A stretch of DNA of 64,000 nucleotides from an uncultured Chloroflexia bacterium (lineage in GTDB: Bacteria > Chloroflexota > Limnocylindria > Limnocylindrales > CSP1-4), in assembly GCA_963813335.1 (NCBI GenBank), contig CAWEYL010000001.1, positions 280,797 through 344,796 of the forward strand, written 5' to 3'. The notes below the pieces were generated by a model that saw only the letters and a program-made list of their open reading frames with translations, was not told the origin of the DNA and made no database searches. Every line of letters begins with the position of its first letter. Positions within the stretch are counted from its first letter, which is position 1. Position numbers and translations under genes: made by a program. Positions 52,085 to 61,463 of the stretch are shown piece after piece.

Positions 52085-52894
52085 GACCGGCCGGGCGCCG
52101 ACCATGAACACGGCCGAGAGACCGTGCCGGGGCGCTACCGCGCAACGGTCGAATACGATGGCACGGACTTTGCCGGGTTCCAGGTCAACCCTGGGAAGCG
52201 GACGGTCCAGGGAGTCCTGGAGGACGCGCTGCGACGCCTCGGCAACGGGGAGGGGCAGCGGGTCGACGGGGCCGGCCGAACGGATGCCGGGGTCCACGCC
52301 GCGGGGCAGGTGATCGCCTTCTCCTACGACGGACGACTCGCGGCCACGGAGCTGGGATCGGCGCTCGAAGCGCTCCTCCCGCGCGACGTGGCCATCCGGG
52401 ATCTGCGTCGGACGACCGCGAGGTTCCAGCCCCGCTATGCGGCGCGGTACCGGGAATACCGCTACACCGTCTGGAACGGGCCGCGCAGCCCCCTCCGCGA
52501 GCGTACTGCGCTCGGGGTCCGGGTCCCGCTCGATACGGCCGCGATGGAGCGAGCCGGGTCGGCCTTCATCGGCCGGCACGACTTCAGCCCGTTCGGGGCC
52601 ACGGACCGATCCCCGGTCCGGACCGTCATGGCGGTCCGGGTCCGGCGGGAAGGCCGGCTGGTGACGATCGACGTCAGGGCCGACTCCTTCCTCCGCGGGA
52701 TGGTCCGACGGATGGTGGCCCTGCTCATCGAGGTAGGGCTCGGGAAGATGGACGAAGCAGCGGTCCGGACGGCGCTCAGCGCCGGACGACCGGCCCTCGA
52801 CGGGGCAGCCGCCCCGGCCAGGGGTCTCTGCCTCAGGCGCGTCGCCTTCGGGCGTCGGCCGGGCGAATCGAACGGAGAACACGAGGAACGATGA
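52082..52894 (+). CDS. truA: tRNA pseudouridine(38-40) synthase TruA
   Basis: [17 protein letters not shown]...[13 protein letters not shown]. The start is uncertain (ATG 52082 or GTG 52124). The ORF-track start 51992 would read through repeat copy B. Confidence 0.85.
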   Translation: MDRPGADHEHGRETVPGRYRATVEYDGTDFAGFQVNPGKRTVQGVLEDALRRLGNGEGQRVDGAGRTDAGVHAAGQVIAFSYDGRLAATELGSALEALLPRDVAIRDLRRTTARFQPRYAARYREYRYTVWNGPRSPLRERTALGVRVPLDTAAMERAGSAFIGRHDFSPFGATDRSPVRTVMAVRVRREGRLVTIDVRADSFLRGMVRRMVALLIEVGLGKMDEAAVRTALSAGRPALDGAAAPARGLCLRRVAFGRRPGESNGEHEER

Positions 52895-53322
52895 ACGTCA
52901 AGACCATCGCGGTGAAGGAAAGCGAGATCGATCGCCGCTGGTTCGTCGTGGACGCGACGGACGAGACGCTCGGCCGCCTCGCCTCGCGCATCGCGCGGGT
53001 GCTCGAAGGCAAGCACAAGCCCTCGTACCAGCCGAACCTCGATTCCGGCGACCACGTCATCGTCCTCAACGCCGCGAAGATCGCGGTCACCAGCGACAAG
53101 CTCGAATCGAAGCTCTACTCGCGCCACAGCGGCTACCCGCAGGGCTTCAAGCAGGAGACGCTCGGCCACCTGCTCGCCCGCCGGCCGGAGGAAGTCATCC
53201 GCCGCGCCGTCAAGGGCATGCTGCCGCACAACCGCCTCGGGACCCAGCAGCTGCGCAAGCTCAAGGTCTATCCGGGTTCAGATCATCCCCATCAGGCCCA
53301 GCGGCCTGAGCCGCTCGCCTGA
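52891..53322 (+). CDS. rplM: 50S ribosomal protein L13
   Basis: [32 protein letters not shown]. Confidence 0.96.
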   Translation: MNVKTIAVKESEIDRRWFVVDATDETLGRLASRIARVLEGKHKPSYQPNLDSGDHVIVLNAAKIAVTSDKLESKLYSRHSGYPQGFKQETLGHLLARRPEEVIRRAVKGMLPHNRLGTQQLRKLKVYPGSDHPHQAQRPEPLA

Positions 53323-53339
53323 CAAGGGAGTCCGACCGT

Positions 53340-53738
53340 ATGGCATCGCCCGCATTCTTCTCCGGGACCGGCCGTCGCAAGACGGCGATCGCCCGCGTCC
53401 GGCTGCTGCCGGGCGAGGGTGAGATCGTGGTCAACGGCCGCTCGCTCGAGGAGCACTTCGGCAACGCGGTCAACGAGTCCGAGCTCCGCTTGCCGTTCCG
53501 CGTGACCGGCACCGAGGGCCGCTACAACGCCATGATCAAGGTCGAGGGCGGCGGCGTGACCGGCCAGGCCGGCGCGATCCGCCACGGCATCGCCCGGGCG
53601 CTGCTGGAGATCGACCCGGAGGGCCACCGCCTGCCACTCCGCCAGGCCGGCTTCCTGACGCGCGACCCGCGGATGAAGGAACGCAAGAAGTACGGCCTGA
53701 AGCGAGCCCGTAAGGCTCCTCAGTACACGAAGCGCTGA
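53340..53738 (+). CDS. rpsI: 30S ribosomal protein S9
   Basis: [12 protein letters not shown]...[27 protein letters not shown]. Confidence 0.96.
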   Translation: MASPAFFSGTGRRKTAIARVRLLPGEGEIVVNGRSLEEHFGNAVNESELRLPFRVTGTEGRYNAMIKVEGGGVTGQAGAIRHGIARALLEIDPEGHRLPLRQAGFLTRDPRMKERKKYGLKRARKAPQYTKR

Positions 53739-53760
53739 CACGGCGGCCGCTCCGGCGGCC

Positions 53761-53845
53761 GATGCGGGCGTTGCCGGACTCCGCCGGTCGCTCACGCACC
53801 TCAAGGTGCGCTCGCTCCCTTGCTCGCCCGGCGCCTTCGCCTCGG
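53761..53845 (+). repeat. Intergenic repeat, copy C (after rpsI)
   Basis: GATGCGGGCGTTGCCGGACTCCGCCGGTCGCTCACGCACCTCAAGGTGCGCTCGCTCCCTTGCTCGCCCGGCGCCTTCGCCTCGG. The stem CGCACC/GGTGCG is kept and the loop is TCAA instead of TTGG. Confidence 0.85.
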
Positions 53846-53998
53846 GCCGCCGGCGCGGCCGCGACTGGGTTCGACGACGGGCGGGGCGACTTGAGCCCGG
53901 TCTCGCCCGTTCGACTGGGGGCGCCCCGACCTTCGGGGCACTGCGGGCCGAGTGGGTCGGCCGCTACAGTTAGCGCGTGACCTTCCCAGCCCTGCCCC

Positions 53999-54955
53999 AT
54001 GGGTAGCCCGTCGCTGCGCGGGCGCGACCTCCTCAGTGTCGCCGACCTGTCCGCGGACGAGGTCGGGCGCGTCTTCGCCACGACCGCCCGGCTGAAGGCG
54101 GAGCTGCGCGACACGGGCCGGCACGTCCCGCCGCCGCTCGCAGGTCGGACCCTCGCGATGCTCTTCCAGAAGCCGAGCCTGCGCACGCGGGTCACCTTCG
54201 AGACCGGGATGGCCCAGCTCGGCGGGCACGCCATCTACCTGACCAACGACGTGGTCCTCGGCGCCCGCGAGAGCGTCCGCGACGTCGCCCACAACCTCGC
54301 GCGGTTCGTGGACGGGATCGTGGTCCGGACCGGCCCTCACGAGGTCGTCGCCGAGCTGGCCGCCCAGGCGTCGATCCCGGTGATCAACGGCCTGACCCTG
54401 CGCGAGCACCCGTGCCAGGCGCTGGCCGACCTGTTCACCATCGAGGAGCGGCTCGGCCGCCTCAGGGGGGTCGTCCTCGCGTTCGTCGGCGACGGGAACA
54501 ACGTCTACCACTCCCTTGCCCTCGTCGGCGCCGCCATGGGCATGGAGGTCCGCCTCGCCCATCCCGACGGCTACGGTCCGAACGAGCGGATCGTGGCCCG
54601 GGCTTCGGAGCTCGCCGGCGCCGCCGGCGGTCGGCTCGTGTTCGGGACGGAACCCCGCGAGGTCGTCCGCGGCGCCGACATCGTCTACACCGACGCCTGG
54701 ACCTCGATGGGCCAGGAGGCCGAGACCGAGGAGCGCCGTGATGCGTTCCGCGGCTACCAGGTCGACGACGCCATGCTCGACGCGGCCGGCCCGAACGCCC
54801 TCGCGATGCACTGCCTGCCGGCCCACCGCGGCGAGGAGATCACCTCCGAGGTCATGGACGGGCCGCGAAGCCTGATCTTCGACCAGTCCGAGAACCGGCT
54901 CCACGTCCAGAAGGCCTTGCTCGTCGAGCTGCTCGCGCGCGAGGAGGCGGCATGA
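53999..54955 (+). CDS. argF: Ornithine carbamoyltransferase
   Basis: FQKPSLRTRVTFE, HPCQALADL, DAWTSMGQE, HCLPAHRGEE. Confidence 0.92.
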   Translation: MGSPSLRGRDLLSVADLSADEVGRVFATTARLKAELRDTGRHVPPPLAGRTLAMLFQKPSLRTRVTFETGMAQLGGHAIYLTNDVVLGARESVRDVAHNLARFVDGIVVRTGPHEVVAELAAQASIPVINGLTLREHPCQALADLFTIEERLGRLRGVVLAFVGDGNNVYHSLALVGAAMGMEVRLAHPDGYGPNERIVARASELAGAAGGRLVFGTEPREVVRGADIVYTDAWTSMGQEAETEERRDAFRGYQVDDAMLDAAGPNALAMHCLPAHRGEEITSEVMDGPRSLIFDQSENRLHVQKALLVELLAREEAA

Positions 54956-55854
54956 CCGACGCCTTCGAGCGCTACAAGGACGCGCTCCGCCGCGGGCATT
55001 CGGCGGCCCAGCGCGGCCGCTTCGACGAGGCCATCGCCGCCTACCAGGAGGCGGGCACGATCGCCCCGGACCGGGCGATGCCGCAGTCGAGCCTCGGCGG
55101 CGTCCTCGCCCGGATGGGCCGGACCACACAGGCGCTGGCCGCCTACGACGCCGCCCTGAGCCGCGCCCCCGAGGACGAGCCCGCCCTGCGCGGCCGGGCC
55201 GAGCTCCTCGCCATGGCCGGACGCCGCGCTGAGGCCGCGGACACGCTCGACGGGCTCATGACGGCCCTCGACAAGGCGGGCCGCCTCGGCGACGCCGCGG
55301 ATGCCGGACGTCTCGCCCTCGAGCTCGCCGAGTCGCGCAGCCGCCGTCGCGCGGTCGAGGTCCTCGCCGGCCGTCTGCGCGAGGCCGGCGACACCGCCAC
55401 CGCCGACGCCCTGGCCGCGGCCCTCGGGATCGAGGCCGGGTCGGACAGCCCCGCCGCCCCGCCCGAGCCGAAGCGCGACCCCCGCCGCGCGGTCCTGTCC
55501 GCCGCGGCCGTCCTGTCCGCCACGGCCGACACCGCGCTCGACAGCGGCGATCGCGACGAGGCTCGCCGCTGCTATCTCGAGGCCGCGGCCGCGCAGCGGT
55601 CGATCGGGAACCTGCACGCCGCGCTGGACGCCTGCTACCAGGCGATGGCCGTCTCGCCGGCCGCGGGCGACGTCCACCTCGCGCTCACCGAGCTCTACCT
55701 CGACCGCGGCTGGCGGTCCGCCGCCGCGGACAAGCTCGTCCTTCTCGGGCGGTTGACGGACCTGGCCCAGGACGACCTCACCCGCGCCCGCCTGTGCACG
55801 ATGGCCGCGGAGCGGTTCCCCGAGGACGCTCGGCTGACCGCCTTCTGCGCCTGA
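54952..55854 (+). CDS. TPR-repeat protein, function unknown
   Basis: TPR-like helices (GRFDEAIAAYQEAGTIAPDRA, GRTTQALAAYDAALSRAPED). The ATG overlaps the argF stop (ATGA). Confidence 0.7.
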   Translation: MTDAFERYKDALRRGHSAAQRGRFDEAIAAYQEAGTIAPDRAMPQSSLGGVLARMGRTTQALAAYDAALSRAPEDEPALRGRAELLAMAGRRAEAADTLDGLMTALDKAGRLGDAADAGRLALELAESRSRRRAVEVLAGRLREAGDTATADALAAALGIEAGSDSPAAPPEPKRDPRRAVLSAAAVLSATADTALDSGDRDEARRCYLEAAAAQRSIGNLHAALDACYQAMAVSPAAGDVHLALTELYLDRGWRSAAADKLVLLGRLTDLAQDDLTRARLCTMAAERFPEDARLTAFCA

Positions 55855-55882
55855 GGGCCGAGGTCTCCAGCACGATGCCCGA

Positions 55883-55891
55883 TGCTACACT
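55883..55891 (+). promoter_or_regulatory. Candidate extended -10 (TGcTACACT) ending 9 nt before the cdaA ATG; possible leaderless mRNA
   Basis: cgaTGcTACACTcgggcgacgATG, with no SD. Confidence 0.35.
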
Positions 55892-55900
55892 CGGGCGACG

Positions 55901-56854
55901 ATGACCGAGCTCCTCAGATCGATCCTCGATCAGGTGCGCCTGAGCACGGTGGTCGATGTCGCGATCACCGCGCTCCTCATCTACTGGCTGTTCAGCCTGA
56001 TCCGCGGGACCCGCGCCGTCCGCCTCGTCATCGGCGTCAGCGTCCTGATCGTCGTCTACTTCCTGGCGGTCGCGTTCAACCTCATCCTGCTCACCAGGAT
56101 CCTGCAGGGCGGCGCGGTCGTCGGCCTCTTCGCCCTCGTCGTCGTGTTCCAGCCGGAGCTGCGTCGCGCGCTCGAGCGGATCGGCCGCGTCGGCTCCTTC
56201 TCGTGGCTGCTGTCGCCCGCCGACTCGCGGGTCGCCGAGCACGTGGCCGACGAAGTGGCGCGCGCGGCTGCGGCCATGTCGGCCGAGGGGCACGGCGCGC
56301 TCATCGTCATCGAGCGGGAGACAGGGCTCGAGGAGGTGGCGGAGACCGGCGTGATGATCCATGGCGACGTCTCGGCCGACATGTTGCGCACGATCTTCTC
56401 GCCGCGCACCGCGCTCCACGACGGCGCCGTGATCATCCGCGGTGACACCATCCTCGCGGCCGGCGCGCTGCTGCCGCTGGCCGAGATGACCATCCACGTC
56501 GAGCGCTTCGGGACCCGCCATCGGGCCGCCCTCGGGATCGCCGAGCAGACCGACGCGCTCGTGGTCGTCGTCTCCGAGGAGAACAACCAGATCAGCCTGG
56601 TCGAGCGGAGCCGGATCGTCCGCAACCTCAACCAGTCGCAACTGGCTGCCGCCATGCGCCAGCGCCTCGACCCGGCGGGCGGGCGGCGGAGCGCCCTCGG
56701 CTGGCGGCCGACCGGCACCGGTGGGACCGCCGGGCGCGCGCCACGGCTCGGCGACCTCGGCCGGTTCGTGGGCCGTCCGCCGACGGCACCGCCGCCCAGC
56801 GCACCGCCCGACGACGACCAGCCGACCACGGCCGCCGCCCAGGCACCGCGGTGA
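55901..56854 (+). CDS. cdaA: Diadenylate cyclase CdaA (membrane-anchored DAC domain)
   Basis: Three N-terminal TM helices. GALIVIERETG, LHDGAVIIRGDTILAAGALLPL, GTRHRAALGIAEQTDALVVVVSEE. Pro-rich C-terminal tail. Confidence 0.92.
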   Translation: MTELLRSILDQVRLSTVVDVAITALLIYWLFSLIRGTRAVRLVIGVSVLIVVYFLAVAFNLILLTRILQGGAVVGLFALVVVFQPELRRALERIGRVGSFSWLLSPADSRVAEHVADEVARAAAAMSAEGHGALIVIERETGLEEVAETGVMIHGDVSADMLRTIFSPRTALHDGAVIIRGDTILAAGALLPLAEMTIHVERFGTRHRAALGIAEQTDALVVVVSEENNQISLVERSRIVRNLNQSQLAAAMRQRLDPAGGRRSALGWRPTGTGGTAGRAPRLGDLGRFVGRPPTAPPPSAPPDDDQPTTAAAQAPR

Positions 56855-58107
56855 CCCGGGTCCTCCAGACCCTCGTCCACAACTGGCCGCTGAAGCTCGC
56901 CGCGATCGGGCTCGCGAGCCTGCTGTACGGCGGCGTCGTGCTGACCCAGAACTCGAACACGTTCTCCGGGATCGTGCTCGTCCAGCCGCGCAACATCCCG
57001 GATGGAGCCGTCCTGCTCTCGCCGCAGTTCCCCTCGGTGACATCCATCCGCTACTTCGCGCCGAGTGACGTGCCGGCGCCGACGGCGTCGTCGTTCACCG
57101 CCTACGTCGACCTGACCGGCGTCGAGCCCAACGGCCAGATCGTCCAGCGGCCGGTCCAGGTCGAGAACGCGGACGCGCGGATCCAGATCCTCGGCGTGAC
57201 CCCGCCGTACGTGAACGTCCAGCTCGATGCGTTCACCACGCGCACGATCCCGGTCGAGATCCAGCAGGGCGTCCCGCCGACCGGCCTCACCGTCGGCGTC
57301 ATGGAGGTCGTCCCGACCCAGGTCGACGTATCCGGCGCGAAGTCGCTGGTCGACAAGGTCGTCAAGGCGACGGGCGCGGTCGTCATCCAGGAGCCCGGCA
57401 TCGACATCGACCAGGACGTCGACATCATCCCGGTCGACAGCGTCGGCAACCGGGTGAGCCCGGTCGACCTCTCCCCGCGCTTCGTCCACGTGACCCTCCC
57501 GGTCTTCTCGGACCGGCAGTCGCGGACCCTTCCGGTGAAGCCGGTCATCACCGGGACGCCGGCGCCGGGCTTCGAGGTGGAGAGCGTGACCGTGACCCCC
57601 AACGTCGTCACCGTCGAAGGCGACGCCGACCAGCTGAGCGTGCTGCTCAGCGTCAACACGATGCCGGTCTCGATCAACGGCGCGTCCAGCGCCCTCACCC
57701 GGAACTCCGACCTCGACCTCCCGGCCGGCGTCGTGCCGATCGGCGACGCACAGGTCGAGGTCGCGGTCGCGTTCCGCCCGATCACCTCGACGCGGACCTT
57801 CGACGCCGGCGTGCGGCTCGTCGGCGAACGCGCCGACCTCAGCTATTCGATCGACGTGGACCGCATCCTCGCCACGATCGGCGGGTCCGTGGCGGACCTC
57901 GACCGGCTCGAGGGGTCGACGCTGGTCATGGACCTCGACGTCGCCGGCCTCGGTCCCGGCACGACCGCGGTCCCGGTCACGGCGGTGCTGCCCGCCGGGC
58001 TGACCCTGGTGAGCGCGAGCCCGGAAACGGTCCTGGTCACCGTCACCGGTCGCGCCTCGCCGTCCCCGGCGGCCGAGGCCCCCTCGCCGTCGGCGGTCGG
58101 AGGCTGA
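56851..58107 (+). CDS. cdaR: CdaA regulatory protein CdaR (YbbR-domain protein)
   Basis: N-terminal TM (WPLKLAAIGLASLLYGG) followed by repeated YbbR-like beta-rich modules. GTG overlaps the cdaA stop. Position between cdaA and glmM. Confidence 0.8.
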   Translation: MTRVLQTLVHNWPLKLAAIGLASLLYGGVVLTQNSNTFSGIVLVQPRNIPDGAVLLSPQFPSVTSIRYFAPSDVPAPTASSFTAYVDLTGVEPNGQIVQRPVQVENADARIQILGVTPPYVNVQLDAFTTRTIPVEIQQGVPPTGLTVGVMEVVPTQVDVSGAKSLVDKVVKATGAVVIQEPGIDIDQDVDIIPVDSVGNRVSPVDLSPRFVHVTLPVFSDRQSRTLPVKPVITGTPAPGFEVESVTVTPNVVTVEGDADQLSVLLSVNTMPVSINGASSALTRNSDLDLPAGVVPIGDAQVEVAVAFRPITSTRTFDAGVRLVGERADLSYSIDVDRILATIGGSVADLDRLEGSTLVMDLDVAGLGPGTTAVPVTAVLPAGLTLVSASPETVLVTVTGRASPSPAAEAPSPSAVGG

Positions 58108-59444
58108 TGGTGGCCCGCCTCTTCGGCACCGACGGGATCCGCGGTGTCGCGAACGTCGACCTGAAGCCGACGCTCGCGTATGCCCTCGGGCGTGCCACCG
58201 CGCACCATCTGGCGCCGCCCGGCAGCGCCCTCGTGGTCGGCCAGGACACGCGCCGCTCGGGCGACATGTTCGTGGCCGCGATCGCGGCCGGGGCCAGCAG
58301 CCTCGGCGTCGATGTCCAGGTCGTCGGCGTCGTGCCGACGCCCGCGCTGGCGTTCCTCGCGCGGAGCGGGCCGTTCGCGGGCGGGATCATGGTCTCCGCG
58401 TCGCACAACCCCGCCGACGACAACGGGCTCAAGGTCCTCGACCGCGACGGCCTCAAGCTCGACGACGCGGTCGAGGACGAGCTGGAGCAGCTGATCTGGC
58501 GAGCCGAGGAGCTCCCCGGCGTCGGCAACGCGTCGCTCGGCCGGATCACCGCCCGGCCCGACCTCGTGGAGGCCTACGTCGAGCACCGCCTCGCCCTCGC
58601 GAGCTCGATCGATGCCGCCGGCCTGCGCATCGTGCTCGACGGCGCCAACGGCTCGGGCTGCCTCCTCGGTCCGCGGATCCTGGCGGCCACCGGGGCGACC
58701 GTCGAGGCCATCCACGCCGAGCCCGACGGCGTGAACATCAACGTCCGGTCCGGGGCGACCGACCCGGCCTCGCTCGCGGAGGCCGTCGTGGCGCGCGGCG
58801 CCGACGTGGGGTTCGCCCTCGACGGCGATGCGGATCGGCTGATCGCGGTCGATGCCGCGGGGCGGATCGTCGACGGCGACCAGGTCCTCGGCATCCTCGC
58901 GCTCGACCGGCTCGGGCGCGCCGCGCTGCCCGGCGGCGGCCTCGTGGTGTCCGTGCTCTCGAACGGCGGCCTGCAGGCGGCGGTGGAGGAGGCCGGCGGC
59001 CAGGTCCTGCGCACGCCGGTCGGCGACAAGTACATCCTCGAGGGCATGCAGCTGTCGGGCGCGGTCCTCGGCGGCGAGAAGAGCGGCCACGTCATCGTCC
59101 TCGAGCACACGACCTCGGGCGACGGGATCGTGACCGCGCTCGAGGTCCTCCGGGTCATGGCCGCCGAGCGCCGCTCGCTCGCGGACCTGGCCGCCCGGAT
59201 CCCGCTGCTGCCGCAGCAGCAGCGCGCGGTGAAGGCCCGCCAGCGGGACCTCTGGGAGTCCGACCGGGTGCTCACGACCGCCGTGGCGGAGGCACGCGAC
59301 CGGCTCGGACCACACGGCCGCATCCTCGTGCGTCCCTCGGGAACGGAGCCCGCGCTCCGGATCATGGTCGAGGGGCCCGACGCAAAGGTGGTGACAGAAG
59401 TCGCCGACCTGCTCGCGGATATCGCGAGGGAGCGGCTAGACTAG
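58107..59444 (+). CDS. glmM: Phosphoglucosamine mutase
   Basis: RLFGTDGIRGVAN, active-site SASHNPADDNGLK, DGDADR. Confidence 0.95.
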   Translation: MVARLFGTDGIRGVANVDLKPTLAYALGRATAHHLAPPGSALVVGQDTRRSGDMFVAAIAAGASSLGVDVQVVGVVPTPALAFLARSGPFAGGIMVSASHNPADDNGLKVLDRDGLKLDDAVEDELEQLIWRAEELPGVGNASLGRITARPDLVEAYVEHRLALASSIDAAGLRIVLDGANGSGCLLGPRILAATGATVEAIHAEPDGVNINVRSGATDPASLAEAVVARGADVGFALDGDADRLIAVDAAGRIVDGDQVLGILALDRLGRAALPGGGLVVSVLSNGGLQAAVEEAGGQVLRTPVGDKYILEGMQLSGAVLGGEKSGHVIVLEHTTSGDGIVTALEVLRVMAAERRSLADLAARIPLLPQQQRAVKARQRDLWESDRVLTTAVAEARDRLGPHGRILVRPSGTEPALRIMVEGPDAKVVTEVADLLADIARERLD

Positions 59445-59520
59445 CGGCGGTGCCCACCCAACTCGGTCACCACTGCCTGCCGGCCAGGGACCGGCGGCGG
59501 CGAACGGAGGACCTGAGCAC

Positions 59521-61353
59521 ATGTGCGGCATCGTCGGCTACACGGGCCCGCGCGAAGCGGGACCCATCCTCATCGAAGGCCTCAAGCGCCTCGAGTACCG
59601 CGGCTACGACTCGGCCGGGATCGCCCTCGTCGACGACGCCGGCGACCTCTTCGTCGAGAAGCGGGCGGGCAAGCTCGTCAACCTCCAGACAGCCATCGCC
59701 GACCGGACCCCCCACGCGGCGATCGGCCTCGCGCACACCCGCTGGGCGACGCACGGCCGCCCGAACGACCTCAACGCCCATCCCCACCAGGACTGCACCG
59801 GCGAGATCACGGTCATCCACAACGGGATCATCGAGAACTTCCGCGAGCTGCGCGACGGCCTCGAGGCGCGCGGCCACACCCTGACGTCGGAGACCGACAC
59901 CGAGGCGATCGCCCACCTGGTCGAGGAGGCCTACGAGGGCGACCTCGCCGAGGCGGTTCGCGCTGCGCTCCGACGGATCGAGGGCGCCTACGCCATCGTG
60001 GTGATGCACCGCGCCGAGGGCGACCGCCTGGTCGGCGCCCGGCAGGATGTCCCGCTCGTCGTCGGCCTGGCCGACGGGGAGAGCTTCCTGGCCTCGGACG
60101 TGGCGGCGATCCTCGCCCACACCGACCAGATCATCTTCCTCGAGGAGGGCGACGTGGTCGACCTCCGGCCGTGGGGCGTGGTGATCACCGACAAGTTCGG
60201 CGAGGACCGCGAGCGCGAGATCACCACCATCGACTGGACGCCGGAGGCCGCCGAGAAGGGCGGCTACGAGCACTTCATGCTCAAGGAGATCCACGAGCAG
60301 CCCGAGGCCCTCGCCCAGTCGATCGCCGGCCGGGTGACCCGCGACGGCCGGATCCACGTCGAGGAGATCGCCGGCATGCTCGGCACGCTGCAGGCCATCG
60401 ACCGGATCGAGCTGGTCGCCTGCGGCAGCGCCTACTACGCCTCGCTGATCGGCGCAACGGCGCTCCAGGACTGGATCGGGATCCCGGTGCGCGCGACCGT
60501 CGGGTCCGAGTTCCGCTACAGTCCGCCGCCGCTCGACGAGCGGACGCTGATCATCGCCGTGACCCAGTCGGGCGAGACGGCCGACACGATCGCCCCGGTC
60601 CGCCTGGCGCGCGAGCGCGGCTGCCCGGTCATCGCGGTCACCAACACCGTGGGATCCGCGATCACCCGCGAGGCCGACGCGGTCCTGTTCCTGCAGGCCG
60701 GGCCGGAGATGGCGGTGGCGGCCTCCAAGACGTTCGTCACCCAGGTCACGACCCTGCTGGTCCTTGCCGCGGCCATCGCCCGGACGCGCGGGTGCCTGGC
60801 GGACGCCGACGAGCTGGCCTTCGGGGAGGCGCTGCGCGCCCTCCCGGCGGCGGCGGCCCGGGCGCTCGAGAGCGCCTCGGCGGGCTCCGCCGAGCTGGCC
60901 CGCCGCTACGTCAACTCGCGCGGCTTCATGTTCGTCGGACGCGGCTACGGGTACCCGGCCGCCCTCGAGGGCGCGCTGAAGCTCAAGGAGGTCAGCTACG
61001 TCCACGCCGAGGGGTATGCGGCCGGCGAGCTGAAGCACGGTCCCATCTCGCTGCTCGACGCGGAGTGCCCGCTGGTGGCGGTCGCGACGAAGTCGTCGGT
61101 CTACGACAAGCTCATCAGCAACGTGATGGAGGGCCGCGCCCGCGATGCCCGCGTCATCGCCGTGGCGACCGAGGGCGACGTCCAGATCGAGCGCTTCGCC
61201 GACGACGTCTGCTGGGTCCCCGACACGCACGAGGCGCTTGCCCCGATCCTCGCGATCATCCCGCTGCAGCTCTTCGCGTACCACGTCGCCACCGCTCGCG
61301 GCACGGACGTCGACCAGCCGCGCAACCTCGCCAAGTCGGTGACGGTCGAGTAG
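59521..61353 (+). CDS. glmS: Glutamine--fructose-6-phosphate aminotransferase
   Basis: MCGIVGY N-terminal nucleophile, two SIS domains, C-terminal DVDQPRNLAKSVTVE. SD GGAGGA. Confidence 0.96.
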   Translation: MCGIVGYTGPREAGPILIEGLKRLEYRGYDSAGIALVDDAGDLFVEKRAGKLVNLQTAIADRTPHAAIGLAHTRWATHGRPNDLNAHPHQDCTGEITVIHNGIIENFRELRDGLEARGHTLTSETDTEAIAHLVEEAYEGDLAEAVRAALRRIEGAYAIVVMHRAEGDRLVGARQDVPLVVGLADGESFLASDVAAILAHTDQIIFLEEGDVVDLRPWGVVITDKFGEDREREITTIDWTPEAAEKGGYEHFMLKEIHEQPEALAQSIAGRVTRDGRIHVEEIAGMLGTLQAIDRIELVACGSAYYASLIGATALQDWIGIPVRATVGSEFRYSPPPLDERTLIIAVTQSGETADTIAPVRLARERGCPVIAVTNTVGSAITREADAVLFLQAGPEMAVAASKTFVTQVTTLLVLAAAIARTRGCLADADELAFGEALRALPAAAARALESASAGSAELARRYVNSRGFMFVGRGYGYPAALEGALKLKEVSYVHAEGYAAGELKHGPISLLDAECPLVAVATKSSVYDKLISNVMEGRARDARVIAVATEGDVQIERFADDVCWVPDTHEALAPILAIIPLQLFAYHVATARGTDVDQPRNLAKSVTVE

Positions 61354-61463
61354 GGACGGTGAGCTGGCACCCTCCCCAGGGTTCCGGCGGGGAGCTCTCC
61401 GAGGCCGGAGGGGAAGCTCCGCGACCCCATCCGCCCGAGGATTCGCCTGGCGACTCGACCGAG

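Noticed and set aside
59445-59520. A glmS ribozyme upstream of glmS.
   Set aside because: The spacer is only 76 nt and I could not recognise the conserved ribozyme core. It looks like a plain SD-containing spacer (GGAGGA).
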